A DNA stretch of 64,000 nucleotides from Candidatus Limimorpha sp. (GCA_045127605.1 JBGVQR010000076.1:453-64452), one strand, 5' to 3'; shown: positions 1 to 9,554, counted from the first letter of the stretch. Notes: generated from the letters alone by a model not told the origin. Numbers and translations: made by a program.

Positions 1-2
1 AT

Positions 3-188
3 GTAAATAAAAGCAAGTTTGAGAATATAGAAGTTGTAGTTCCAGTAGATTCATTATTAGACACGTTTAATCTTATAGTAAATAATACTTTTGCTAAGAT
101 AAAGAATCTTTCTTACCAAATCCGTCACATCACTGAAGCTCGTGACCGTTTGCTTCCTAAACTGATGAGTGGAGAAATAGAAGTATAA
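3..188 (+). CDS. hsdS: Type I restriction-modification specificity subunit HsdS, C-terminal fragment (5' end outside the window)
   Basis: Open frame from the window edge to TAA 186-188. The translation ends ...ITEARDRLLPKLMSGEIEV, the conserved HsdS C-terminal tail. hsdR lies downstream. Confidence 0.8.
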   Translation, partial: VNKSKFENIEVVVPVDSLLDTFNLIVNNTFAKIKNLSYQIRHITEARDRLLPKLMSGEIEV

Positions 189-206
189 ATCGCAAAAACA
201 ACCAAT

Positions 207-1187
207 ATGTACACACCGCCGTTTGAAATAAGTGCCGAAGCAATTAATATGGTTGCAGAAATATCCGCACAAGTGGAACGTTTCGTTATCCGCATGGAGA
301 AAGAAGATGGGTTGCTCTTGCGGAAAGCTAATCGTATAAAAACTATACACTCTTCATTAGCAATTGAGGGCAATAATCTAAGCGAAGATGAAGTTCGAGA
401 TATCATTGATGGAAAAAACGTTGTCGCTCCTATCAAGCAGATACAAGAGGTGAAAAATGCTATCGCTACTTACGAACTTTATCCTACACTTGATGCCTTT
501 AAAGAGAAAGATTTGCTAAAGGCTCATGGTGTAATGATGCAGGCACTGGTGGATAATCCGGGGCATTATAGACGTGAAGGCGTGGGCGTGTATGGTGAGA
601 AAGGATTGGCGCATCTGGCACCTCCTGCAGATAGAATTCCAATACTAATGAGCGAACTGATGGAATGGCTAAAAAAATCAAAAGACCACTTGTTGATTCG
701 TTCTTGTGTGTTTCATTATGAATTTGAATTCATACACCCTTTCATAGATGGTAACGGGCGTATGGGAAGATTGTGGCAATCACTTATTTTGGGCAAATTT
801 AACCCTATATTTGAGTTTCTGCCTGTTGAAAACATGGTACACGCCAACCAACAAGCCTATTACAACGCTATAACCGAAAGTACAAACAGAGGACAATCGG
901 GTCCATTCATAGATTTTATGCTTCGTGAAATTCTTAATTCGTTGAACATGCATAAAAAAGATTCCATTGCTAATAATGTCGGTAATAATGTCGGTAATAA
1001 TGTCGGTAAAAACGAGAAGAAAATATTGGATATGATTAGCAATATTCCTACAATTACCACACCTCAGTTAGCAGATATGTTAGGAGTAACAAAGCGTCAG
1101 TGCGAGCGAATTATTTCATCAATGAAACAACAGGGTTTGCTTCGTCGTATTGGAACAAAGGGAGGTCATTGGGAGATTATAAAGTAA
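207..1187 (+). CDS. Fic family protein (AMPylase-type Fic domain, N-terminal inhibitory helix, C-terminal winged-helix domain)
   Basis: 326-aa ORF. Fic active-site motif HPFIDGNGRMGR. Inhibitory-helix motif S-x-x-x-E-G (SLAIEGN) upstream. HTH-like tail (TTPQLADMLGVTKRQCERII). Confidence 0.9.
   Translation: MYTPPFEISAEAINMVAEISAQVERFVIRMEKEDGLLLRKANRIKTIHSSLAIEGNNLSEDEVRDIIDGKNVVAPIKQIQEVKNAIATYELYPTLDAFKEKDLLKAHGVMMQALVDNPGHYRREGVGVYGEKGLAHLAPPADRIPILMSELMEWLKKSKDHLLIRSCVFHYEFEFIHPFIDGNGRMGRLWQSLILGKFNPIFEFLPVENMVHANQQAYYNAITESTNRGQSGPFIDFMLREILNSLNMHKKDSIANNVGNNVGNNVGKNEKKILDMISNIPTITTPQLADMLGVTKRQCERIISSMKQQGLLRRIGTKGGHWEIIK
972..1007 (+). repeat. In-frame 12-bp tandem repeat x3 (aataatgtcggt) inside fic
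   Basis: Three perfect units at 972-983, 984-995 and 996-1007. They encode NNVG x3 in the linker between the Fic core and the C-terminal wHTH. Confidence 0.95.
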
Positions 1188-1226
1188 ATGGCTATAATAA
1201 ATATAAACGAAGAATAGAACTATCCC

Positions 1227-1259
1227 ACAAGTACAGGACAAGTACAGGACAAGTAGCAC
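1227..1259 (+). repeat. 11-bp tandem repeat (acaagtacagg x2 plus one degenerate unit) between fic and hsdR
   Basis: Units at 1227-1237 and 1238-1248 are perfect. Unit 1249-1259 has 2 mismatches. The repeat ends 29 nt upstream of the hsdR ATG. Confidence 0.9.
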
Positions 1260-1287
1260 TATTTAACAAACTTAAAACAAAGTAATT

Positions 1288-4200
1288 ATGTCAAAAGACT
1301 ACAGCGAAGATCAACTGATACAGAAAAGTGCAGCCGATTTGTTGGAAAACGAATTGGGTTGGACCAGTGTGATGGCATGGGATGCCGAAGTACTTGGAGA
1401 AGCAGGAACCTTGGGTAGAAAGAGCTATCATGAAGTGTTGCTTGTGCGTCATTTCTGCAAGGCACTGAAGGCGCTGAATCCTTGGATGACAGAGAAACAG
1501 TTGACCGAAGCGGTAGAGCGAATGACAGAACGTATGAGCAGCCAGTCACTGATGCAAATTAATGAACAGAAGTATCAGTATATCAAAGATGGCATCCCCG
1601 TAACCCGTACCAAACCTAATGGTGAAACAGAAGAAGTAAAAGCTAAAGTAATAGACTTTGCTTCACCGGAGAAGAACGAGTTTATGTGTGTGCGTGAGTT
1701 ATGGGTATATGGTTCATTGTATCGTCGCCGTGCAGACATTGTTGGTTTTGTAAATGGAATTCCGTTGCTGTTTATGGAACTGAAGAACCATGATGTAGAA
1801 GTGGTAGATGCGTTCAACAAGAACTATCGGGATTATTTAGATACCATACCGCAATTGTTTTATCATAATGCGTTCATCATGTTCAGTAATGGGCTTGAAG
1901 CTCGTGTTGGCACCATTGATTCGAAATGGGAGTTCTTCCACGAATGGAAACGACTCAACGAATCGGAAGCAGGCTGCATCGAACTGCCTACCATGTTGCG
2001 TGGTATCTGCAAGAAAGAAAACTTCCTCGATCTATTGGAAAACTTTATCCTGTATGACCATTCGGATGGGCGTACGGTTAAGATTTTGTCACGTAATCAT
2101 CAATACTTGGGCGTGAATCAAGCGGTGGAAATGTACCGCAACCGTGAATATGTAAATGGCAAATTAGGGGTATTCTGGCATACACAAGGAAGCGGTAAGA
2201 GTTACTCCATGCTTTTTCTGGCTCAGAAAATACGTCGTAAGTTTGCCGGTTCACCTACCATAGTAGTATTGACCGACCGAGAAGAACTGAACAAGCAAAT
2301 CAGCGATACGTTTGAGAACTGCGGAATGTTAGGGAAAGTAAAGGCTTCGAAGTTCATTGCTCAAAGTGGAGATGACCTGATTACCAAACTGAAAGGAAAT
2401 CCTTCGTTTATCTTCTCTCTGATACAGAAATTCAACAAACCAGATGCAGAACCAATCTATCCCGACCACGACATTGTGGTCATTAGTGACGAGGCACATC
2501 GTACTCAAAATGGTATCTTTGCTGATAACTTGATGCACCTGTTGCCTACAGCAAATCGTATAGGTTTTACTGGAACCCCATTGCTTTCTAACGACAATAT
2601 TACAGCCCGAACCTTTGGTGGGTATGTCAGTATCTACGACTTCAAGCGTGCCGTAGAGGACAAGGCTACCGTACCTTTATATTACGAAAACAGAGGTGAA
2701 CGCTTGCAAGACTTACAGAATCCAGAAATCAACGAAGAGATAGCTGCAGCTTTGGAACAAGCGGGGGATATGGATGCTTCGCAGTTGGCTAAATTAGAAA
2801 GGGAATTCGCCAAAGAAGTGCATTTGCTGACAGCCTCAAAACGTTTGCGTATTGTGGCGAAAGATTTCGTACGTCATTATAGCGACTTATGGACTTCGGG
2901 CAAGGCTATGATGGTAAGCTACAACAAAGTGACTTGCGTGAGGATGTACGAGTATGTACAGGAATATTGGCAGAAGGAAATAGCTTCGTTGGAGAAACAG
3001 ATTGCAAAATCGACTTCTCAACAAGAGGTACAGGAATTAAACCGCAAGCTCAAGTGGATGCAGGAAACGGAAATGGCAGTGGTGATTTCGCAAGAACAGA
3101 ATGAAATACAGACTTTCCAGAAATGGGGATTAGATATTGCTCCACATCGAGCCAAAATGGAAAAGAGAGAACTTGACAAGGAGTTCAAGGATAAAGATAA
3201 TAAACTGAGAGTAGTATTTGTGTGTGCCATGTGGCTCACTGGTTTCGATGTAAAGACACTTTCGTGCTTGTATATTGACAAGCCCATGAAAGCCCATACA
3301 TTGATGCAGACTATTGCTCGAGCCAACCGCGTGGCAGAAGGCAAGACCAATGGATTAATCATTGACTATATTGGTATCGTAAAAGCACTTCGTCAGGCGT
3401 TAGCTGATTATACGGCCAATCCAGAAGGAGAAGATGGAAATGATCCAACAATAGATAAAAAAGAACTTATCAAACATGTACACGAGGCGATAGCAGCTGC
3501 TACTTCGTTTTTGAAAGAACATGATTTTGAATTACAGAATCTGATAGAGGCAGATAATTTCTTCAAATTGTTCTTGTTGAAAGAAGCTGCCAATGCCATG
3601 TGTGAAACGGCAGAGATTAGAAAGACTTATTGCACCTACGCCACTACCTTGCTGAGACTGTGGAAATATTTAGACCGTGAAGACATTACGGCAGAAATGA
3701 AGCAGCATAAAGATGCAATAGAAGCTATCTACAAGGAGTTACAGAAGAAGCGTAAACACGCAGACATTACCGATTTGAGCGTGGCCATCAATGAGATTGT
3801 AAACGAACATTTACAAATAAGCACTACTGAAGTAGCTGAACCTGATATGAACCGCCAATTCGATATCAGTGGTATCAATTTCGATTTACTTAGGCGCGAG
3901 TTTGCCAAGAGTAAAGAAAAAAACCTAATTATGAAAGATATTCAGGAGTTGTTGCAAGAACGTATTGCACAAATGTTAGCACAGAATCCTGCACGTATCA
4001 ATTTCTACGAAAAGTATCAAGAGATTATCCGAGAATATAACCAAGAACAGAATCGGGTAAACATTGAGCAAACCTTTGAAGAACTGATGCAGCTTTCGCA
4101 ACAACTTACAGAAGAAGAAAAACGCTACGTCCGTGAAGGGTTTGAAAACGACGAACAGCTTTCCATGTATGATTTGCTGATGAAGGAAAATCTTTCAAAA

Positions 4201-4434
4201 GATGATATTAAAAAAATAAAGAAAGTAGCTATTGATCTATTGGCAAAAATCAAAGAATTATTAGAAACAATGGATCATCCATTTGATAAGCAAGAAACAA
4301 AAGCGACTATCATTATTGCTATTCGTGACACTTTATGGAGAGAATTACCTGAAAGCTATTCAGACGAGAGCATCAATTATTATAAAGACGTGGTTTATAA
4401 TTATGTCAGCCAGCAATATGGAGGCATTGCTTAA
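1288..4434 (+). CDS. hsdR: Type I restriction enzyme R subunit HsdR (SF2 helicase/nuclease)
   Basis: 1048-aa ORF. Walker A motif HTQGSGKSYSM, DEAH box ISDEAHRTQ, helicase motif VI-like QTIARANR, long helical C-terminal region. Confidence 0.92.
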   Translation: MSKDYSEDQLIQKSAADLLENELGWTSVMAWDAEVLGEAGTLGRKSYHEVLLVRHFCKALKALNPWMTEKQLTEAVERMTERMSSQSLMQINEQKYQYIKDGIPVTRTKPNGETEEVKAKVIDFASPEKNEFMCVRELWVYGSLYRRRADIVGFVNGIPLLFMELKNHDVEVVDAFNKNYRDYLDTIPQLFYHNAFIMFSNGLEARVGTIDSKWEFFHEWKRLNESEAGCIELPTMLRGICKKENFLDLLENFILYDHSDGRTVKILSRNHQYLGVNQAVEMYRNREYVNGKLGVFWHTQGSGKSYSMLFLAQKIRRKFAGSPTIVVLTDREELNKQISDTFENCGMLGKVKASKFIAQSGDDLITKLKGNPSFIFSLIQKFNKPDAEPIYPDHDIVVISDEAHRTQNGIFADNLMHLLPTANRIGFTGTPLLSNDNITARTFGGYVSIYDFKRAVEDKATVPLYYENRGERLQDLQNPEINEEIAAALEQAGDMDASQLAKLEREFAKEVHLLTASKRLRIVAKDFVRHYSDLWTSGKAMMVSYNKVTCVRMYEYVQEYWQKEIASLEKQIAKSTSQQEVQELNRKLKWMQETEMAVVISQEQNEIQTFQKWGLDIAPHRAKMEKRELDKEFKDKDNKLRVVFVCAMWLTGFDVKTLSCLYIDKPMKAHTLMQTIARANRVAEGKTNGLIIDYIGIVKALRQALADYTANPEGEDGNDPTIDKKELIKHVHEAIAAATSFLKEHDFELQNLIEADNFFKLFLLKEAANAMCETAEIRKTYCTYATTLLRLWKYLDREDITAEMKQHKDAIEAIYKELQKKRKHADITDLSVAINEIVNEHLQISTTEVAEPDMNRQFDISGINFDLLRREFAKSKEKNLIMKDIQELLQERIAQMLAQNPARINFYEKYQEIIREYNQEQNRVNIEQTFEELMQLSQQLTEEEKRYVREGFENDEQLSMYDLLMKENLSKDDIKKIKKVAIDLLAKIKELLETMDHPFDKQETKATIIIAIRDTLWRELPESYSDESINYYKDVVYNYVSQQYGGIA

Positions 4435-4457
4435 TGTGATAAAACCTCATCTTCAAC

Positions 4458-4496
4458 AAAAAAATCGCGCAACCATCTTCGATTACGCGATTTTTT
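4458..4496. terminator. Bidirectional intrinsic terminator between hsdR and dnaK
   Basis: An A-run, stem aatcgcg (4463-4469) pairing with cgcgatt (4486-4492), then a T-run. It lies between convergent genes. Confidence 0.7.
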
Positions 4497-4534
4497 GATT
4501 TGAATTTTATGATTGTTGTTTGACCTTTTCTTTT

Positions 4535-4594
4535 GAAGTCAACAGACTACGGACAACTGTCAACAGTCTGTGTCAGTGTCTGAGTTCAGTGTTC
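4535..4594 (-). repeat. Short-period word array (family B, CAGAGTTCAG/GTGTC words) abutting the dnaK stop codon
   Basis: gaagtcaacagactacggacaactgtcaacagtctgtgtcagtgtctgagttcagtgttc ends 1 nt before the dnaK stop (4595-4597). It shares words with 6771-6831 and 58000-58046. Confidence 0.8.
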
Positions 4595-6490
4595 TCACTT
4601 TACTTCTTCAAAATCAACGTCAGTAACGTCGTCATTGCCGTTGTTAGGATTTTGTCCAGCGTTAGGGTCTTGTGGACCGCCTTGTGCTCCGGCGTTCTTG
4701 TACATCTCTTCTGATGCTTTTTGCCAGATAGCGTTCATCTCTGCCATTGCTGCGTCGATGCCAGCGATGTCTTGTGCTTGATGTGCTGTCTTCAACTTGC
4801 CAAGTGCGCCTTCGATTTCTGCTTTCTTGTCAGCTGGCAATTTGTCGCCGTATTCCTTCATTTGTTTTTCTGTTTGGAAAATCATTGAGTCGGCAGCGTT
4901 CAATTTGTCAACGCGTTCACGTTCTTTCTTGTCAGCGTCAGCGTTAGCTTCTGCTTCTGCCTTCATTCTCTTGATTTCTTCTTCGCTCAAACCTGATGAA
5001 GCTTCAATTCTGATGCTTTGTGACTTGCCTGTAGCTTTGTCTTTAGCTGAAACGTTCAAGATACCGTTTGAGTCGATGTCGAATGTAACTTCGATTTGTG
5101 GAACGCCACGTGGTGCTGGAGGGATGTTATCCAAGTGGAACTTGCCAATAGTCTTGTTTTGATTTGCCATTGGACGTTCGCCTTGCAATACGTGGATTTC
5201 AACGCCTGGTTGGTTATCGACAGCTGTTGAGAATGTCTCTGACTTACGTGTAGGGATTGTTGTGTTAGCTTCGATGAGTTTTGTCATAACGCCACCGAGT
5301 GTTTCAATACCTAATGACAATGGAGTAACGTCGAGTAAAAGAACGTCTTTAACTTCACCTGTCAAAACACCACCTTGGATTGATGCGCCGATAGCAACAA
5401 CTTCGTCAGGGTTAACGCCTTTTGAAGGTTCTTTCTTGAAGAATTCCTTAACGATGTTTTGGATAGCTGGGATACGTGTTGAACCACCAACCAAAATAAC
5501 ATCGTCGATGTCGTTTACTGTCATGTTAGCGTCAGCTAAAGCTTTGCGGCATGGTTCGATAGTAGCGCGGATGAGGTCGTCGCATAATTGTTCGAACTTA
5601 GCACGTGTGAGCTTGCGAACCAAGTGTTTAGGTCCTGTTGCTGTTGCTGTGATATATGGTAAGTTGATTTCTGTTTCTGTTGATGATGACAATTCAATCT
5701 TAGCTTTTTCTGCAGCTTCTTTAAGACGTTGTAATGACATTGGGTCTTTTCTGAGGTCCATGTTTTCGTCATGCATGAATTCTTCTGCGAGCCAGTTGAT
5801 GATTTTGCCGTCGAAGTCGTCGCCACCGAGGTGAGTGTCGCCATTTGTTGATTTAACTTCGAAAACGCCGTCGCCGAGTTCGAGGATTGAGATATCGAAT
5901 GTACCGCCACCGAGGTCGAATACTGCTACCTTAACGTCGTTTTTCTTCTTGTCGAGACCGTATGCCAAAGCTGCTGCTGTTGGTTCGTTGATGATACGGC
6001 GTACTGTGAGACCTGCGATTTCGCCTGCTTCTTTAGTAGCTTGACGTTGAGCGTCGTTGAAATATGCTGGAACTGTGATGACAGCTTCTGTAACTGTTTG
6101 GCCTAAATAGTCTTCAGCAGTTTTCTTCATCTTTTGAAGTACCATTGCTGAGATTTCTTGTGGAGTATATAATTTACCGTCAATGTCAATACGTGGAGTA
6201 TTGTTTGGTCCTTTTACGACTTGGTATGGTACGCGGCCGATTTCATTGACCATTTTGTCGTATGATTCACCCATGAAACGTTTGATAGAATAGATAGTCT
6301 TTAATGGGTTTGTGATAGCTTGACGTTTTGCTGGTTCGCCGACTTTACGTTCGCCGTTGTCTGTAAATGCTACCACTGATGGAGTTGTGCGGTGACCTTC
6401 GCTGTTAGGGATAACTACTGGTTCGTTACCTTCCATAACTGCAACACATGAGTTTGTTGTACCTAAGTCAATACCAATAATTTTTGACAT
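4595..6490 (-). CDS. dnaK: Molecular chaperone DnaK (Hsp70)
   Basis: 631-aa ORF with the N-terminus [26 protein letters not shown] and other Hsp70 signatures, and an acidic C-terminus. Confidence 0.98.
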   Translation of the reverse strand: MSKIIGIDLGTTNSCVAVMEGNEPVVIPNSEGHRTTPSVVAFTDNGERKVGEPAKRQAITNPLKTIYSIKRFMGESYDKMVNEIGRVPYQVVKGPNNTPRIDIDGKLYTPQEISAMVLQKMKKTAEDYLGQTVTEAVITVPAYFNDAQRQATKEAGEIAGLTVRRIINEPTAAALAYGLDKKKNDVKVAVFDLGGGTFDISILELGDGVFEVKSTNGDTHLGGDDFDGKIINWLAEEFMHDENMDLRKDPMSLQRLKEAAEKAKIELSSSTETEINLPYITATATGPKHLVRKLTRAKFEQLCDDLIRATIEPCRKALADANMTVNDIDDVILVGGSTRIPAIQNIVKEFFKKEPSKGVNPDEVVAIGASIQGGVLTGEVKDVLLLDVTPLSLGIETLGGVMTKLIEANTTIPTRKSETFSTAVDNQPGVEIHVLQGERPMANQNKTIGKFHLDNIPPAPRGVPQIEVTFDIDSNGILNVSAKDKATGKSQSIRIEASSGLSEEEIKRMKAEAEANADADKKERERVDKLNAADSMIFQTEKQMKEYGDKLPADKKAEIEGALGKLKTAHQAQDIAGIDAAMAEMNAIWQKASEEMYKNAGAQGGPQDPNAGQNPNNGNDDVTDVDFEEVK

Positions 6491-6770
6491 AATTTGTTTC
6501 TCCTATTTTTATTTAATGTTTTATTTGTTTCTTTTTTTATCGTGTCATAATCTGACAGCGACTCGATTTTGTCAATCATTATGCCAATGAATTTTAACAT
6601 GTCAAAAAATAAAATTTCATGTCATAATTATTTTTGTCATAAAATAAAAAAAGTCACTAAATCAGCGACTTTCACATTTATTTATATTTTTAAAAAACTG
6701 ACATCGAGAAAAATACTGGTGACAAAACGACAGAAAAGGCTTTTGGCTATTGGTTGCTGAACTTATTAAA

Positions 6771-6831
6771 GTCTATAAGTCTTAGTTCAGAGTTCAGTGT
6801 CTGTGTCATTGTCAGAGTTCAGAGTTCAGAG
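6771..6831 (-). repeat. Short-period word array (family B) abutting the stop codon of the 6832-7842 gene
   Basis: On the gene strand TGA recurs at 6-7 nt spacing. The plus-strand tca triplets are at 6832 (the real stop), 6826, 6819, 6812, 6806, 6794 and 6787. Confidence 0.85.
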
Positions 6832-7842
6832 TCAATAAACTTTCTCAAATCCCCATTCTGGATGTTCTCGAATCAAAGTGTTTACACTATGGTCATTTAC
6901 TTCGAATTTTTTACGACATACAGCACGTGAGGAAAATATTCCGACACCGTTTTCTATGTTAGTATATTCTGGAGTATCCATGATTGCACTTCCTGAGTTT
7001 TGTATCAATATATAATTGTACAGCTCATCGCCTGTAGATGTTATCACAATTTCAAAGCAATCAACGAAACGGCGTGTATATGTTGATGTGTTATTTGCAA
7101 TATTGGCATCGGCAGCAAGTCGTGAATAAAATGCTGTAGGAGTATAATTAGCAAACATATTCATTGTGCTGCTATTATACATCGACTCTCCTGTTCCAGA
7201 GCCAAAAGTCCATTTCATTGTATGATATGTTGTATCAGACTGTCCTGGATTTAATTGTTTGTAATGGAAATAACCTATCACTTCGTAATATGCAGCCAGC
7301 TGGTTAAATGTATTGGAACGCCATTCTATTCTATTTGTGACAGGCGACTCAAAGCTTATGTTATACATAGGTTTTCTTATAGTCATGCCACAAATGGTCT
7401 TAACCTTAGACTTCACGACTTCACCATCGTTACGTGTTATCACCAACTGATACTCCTGATTTTCCATCAACTTCTCTGTGGTATAATATAAAACCTGATT
7501 AACTCCGCTATAGAACAATCCATCTGGATCGTAAGGCTTAAACACTGATGTCGTGTCTAACATCACTGTTTTAACAATACTAGGACTTGAGGCAAATTTT
7601 CCGATAAGTTTCACGTCGAGTTTATAATCATAATTACTTGCAGAATAATCTGGTGCCAAATCGACAGCATTGCCAGTAAATGATTTTGTAATCTTTACGT
7701 AGTTAGTGTCTGCATCTACATCAAGGTAACCATAAACAGCAGTGACTTCTTCTCCATCAGTAAAAATATTGACACTATTATCACATGAATTCAGGATAAT
7801 TATTGATAGTATTATAGAAATAAATAAGAGTAGTCTTTTCAT
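6832..7842 (-). CDS. Hypothetical lipoprotein
   Basis: 336-aa ORF with a lipoprotein signal peptide ([20 protein letters not shown]). I recognise no catalytic motif. Confidence 0.7.
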   Translation of the reverse strand: MKRLLLFISIILSIIILNSCDNSVNIFTDGEEVTAVYGYLDVDADTNYVKITKSFTGNAVDLAPDYSASNYDYKLDVKLIGKFASSPSIVKTVMLDTTSVFKPYDPDGLFYSGVNQVLYYTTEKLMENQEYQLVITRNDGEVVKSKVKTICGMTIRKPMYNISFESPVTNRIEWRSNTFNQLAAYYEVIGYFHYKQLNPGQSDTTYHTMKWTFGSGTGESMYNSSTMNMFANYTPTAFYSRLAADANIANNTSTYTRRFVDCFEIVITSTGDELYNYILIQNSGSAIMDTPEYTNIENGVGIFSSRAVCRKKFEVNDHSVNTLIREHPEWGFEKVY

Positions 7843-7867
7843 TGTAAAAATAAGTTTTAAATATAGG

Positions 7868-7875
7868 CAAAGATA
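7868..7875 (-). promoter_or_regulatory. Bacteroidota -7 promoter box TAtcTTTG for the 6832-7842 gene
   Basis: The plus strand reads caaagata, so the minus strand reads TATCTTTG. It lies about 25 nt upstream of the ATG at 7842. Confidence 0.55.
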
Positions 7876-7915
7876 CTATTTTTTTATATACTTTTGTTGC
7901 ATCAAAACAAAAGAA

Positions 7916-8731
7916 ATGTATTTATCACATAACGTATCTTTAGTAACGACTCACGTACTTCAAAACATGAAGAACAATGGTGAGAAAATTGCCATGTTGA
8001 CAGCCTACGACTACTCAATGGCAAAGATTTTAGACGAATCAAATATTGACATCATATTAGTTGGCGACAGTGCTTCCAACGTGATGGCTGGTTACAAGAC
8101 CACTTTGCCTATCACTTTGAACGAGATGATTTATCACGCTTCATCAGTATGTCGCGCCGTGAAACGTTCTTTCGTTGTTGTCGACTTGCCTTTCGGAACA
8201 TACCAAGGCAACTCCAAAGAAGCTTTGAATTCTGCCATCCGCATCATGAAAGAATCAGGAGCTAATGCTGTCAAGATGGAAGGTGGCCGCGAAATCCTCG
8301 AATCAGTTGAACGTATCATAAGCGCTGGCATCCCTGTGATGGGACACCTCGGACTCATGCCACAAAGCATCAACAAATTCGGCACATATATCGTTCGTGC
8401 CAAAGAAGACGAAGAAGCACAACGTCTTCGTGAAGACGCTCTCTTGTTACAAGAGAAAGGCTGCTTCAGCATCGTTTTGGAAAAGATTCCTGCATCTCTC
8501 GCAACAGAAGTCACACAATCGTTGAGAATACCTACAATCGGCATAGGCGCCGGCTCTGGAACCGACGGACAAGTTCTCGTTTTACACGACATGCTCGGCA
8601 TCAGCAACGACTTCTCACCTCGTTTCTTGAGAAGATATAACAACCTCTACGATGGAATAAAGAACTCCGTTCAGGCTTATATCAACGATGTGAAAGACGT
8701 CAACTTCCCTAACGAAAACGAGCAATATTAA
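7916..8731 (+). CDS. panB: 3-methyl-2-oxobutanoate hydroxymethyltransferase PanB
   Basis: Contains [23 protein letters not shown], and a MEGG...GHLGL(M)PQS-type core. I take the ATG at 7916 because the longer ORF from 7742 overlaps the upstream minus-strand gene. Confidence 0.9.
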   Translation: MYLSHNVSLVTTHVLQNMKNNGEKIAMLTAYDYSMAKILDESNIDIILVGDSASNVMAGYKTTLPITLNEMIYHASSVCRAVKRSFVVVDLPFGTYQGNSKEALNSAIRIMKESGANAVKMEGGREILESVERIISAGIPVMGHLGLMPQSINKFGTYIVRAKEDEEAQRLREDALLLQEKGCFSIVLEKIPASLATEVTQSLRIPTIGIGAGSGTDGQVLVLHDMLGISNDFSPRFLRRYNNLYDGIKNSVQAYINDVKDVNFPNENEQY

Positions 8732-8732
8732 T

Positions 8733-9425
8733 ATGAGAAAACCAATAGAAGAACGTATATTGTTTGAAGACAATCATCTCATTGTTGTCAACAAATTGCC
8801 TTCCGAGATAGTTCAAGGCGACAAGACTGGCGATGTTTGTCTTCTCGATGACGTGAAATCTTATATCAAAGAAGCTTATAACAAACCTGGCAACGTATTC
8901 GCTGGCTTGGTGCATCGCATCGACAGACCTGTCAGCGGCGCTGTCATCTTTGCCAAGACAAGCAAGGCCTTGAGCCGCATGACGATAAAAGTCAAGGAAC
9001 GTGAGTTCAGCAAGACATACCTCGCCATCGTGAAAAACAAGCCACCACACGAAGCCGGCGAGTTATCAGATTATATGATAAAAAACGAGACACAAAACAA
9101 GTCATATATCGTAAGTTCTAACACCAAAGGAGCTAAGTTGGCGCAGCTGAGATATCGTGTCATAGGCAGTTCCGACTCTTATTATCTCCTTGAAGTAGAA
9201 CTCATCACCGGTCGCCACCATCAAATCAGAGCGCAGCTGTCACACATGGGCTGCCCTATCAAAGGCGACCTCAAATACGGTTTCCCTCGTTCAAACCCTG
9301 ACGCTTCTATCAGCCTCCACGCTTATAAAGTAAAGTTTGAACACCCAACATTGAAAACTCCAATCGAGATAAAAGCACCGAAACCAAGCGGCATGCCTTG
9401 GGACGCTTTTGAAATTGAAAGTTGA
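8733..9425 (+). CDS. RluA-family pseudouridine synthase
   Basis: 230 aa. Catalytic-Asp motif HRIDRPVSG, and GRHHQIRAQL. Confidence 0.85.
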   Translation: MRKPIEERILFEDNHLIVVNKLPSEIVQGDKTGDVCLLDDVKSYIKEAYNKPGNVFAGLVHRIDRPVSGAVIFAKTSKALSRMTIKVKEREFSKTYLAIVKNKPPHEAGELSDYMIKNETQNKSYIVSSNTKGAKLAQLRYRVIGSSDSYYLLEVELITGRHHQIRAQLSHMGCPIKGDLKYGFPRSNPDASISLHAYKVKFEHPTLKTPIEIKAPKPSGMPWDAFEIES

Positions 9426-9520
9426 AAGTTGAAAATTGAAAATTAAAAGTTAGGGACTTGAGGACTTTGAGGAACTTGAGTCCCTTTGCTTTCTTAAATT
9501 CCTTAAAATCCTAAACAAAA
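9423..9520 (+). repeat. Stop-codon-periodic word array (families E and F) starting at the stop of the pseudouridine synthase gene
   Basis: Stop triplets at 9423 (the real stop), 9430, 9437, 9444, 9451, 9459, 9468 and 9477, with spacing 7,7,7,7,8,9,9. Partially complementary words ttcttaaattccttaaaatcct follow. Confidence 0.9.
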
Positions 9521-9546
9521 ATCCATAATCTGTTGACAAAAATTCG

Positions 9547-9554
9547 TATCTTTG
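9547..9554 (+). promoter_or_regulatory. -7 promoter box TAtcTTTG upstream of gldF
   Basis: tatctttg lies 18 nt upstream of the ATG at 9573. Confidence 0.55.

Noticed and set aside
4747-6044. Plus-strand ORFs inside dnaK (4797-5162, 5262-5834, 5835-6044 and others)
   Set aside because: They lie antisense to a full-length, highly conserved Hsp70 gene. Their translations are low-complexity and Ser/Ala/Leu-rich, with no start context or promoter box. These are shadow ORFs.
6491-6620. CIRCE heat-shock operator upstream of dnaK
   Set aside because: I looked for TTAGCACTC-N9-GAGTGCTAA on both strands and found no match.
6569-6760. 63-aa ORF in the dnaK upstream region
   Set aside because: It is an extremely AT-rich, Lys/Ile/Phe-rich translation inside a promoter region, with no supporting signals.
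7742-7915. N-terminal 58-codon extension of the panB ORF
   Set aside because: It overlaps the upstream minus-strand lipoprotein gene and the promoter region. The conserved PanB sequence begins after the ATG at 7916.
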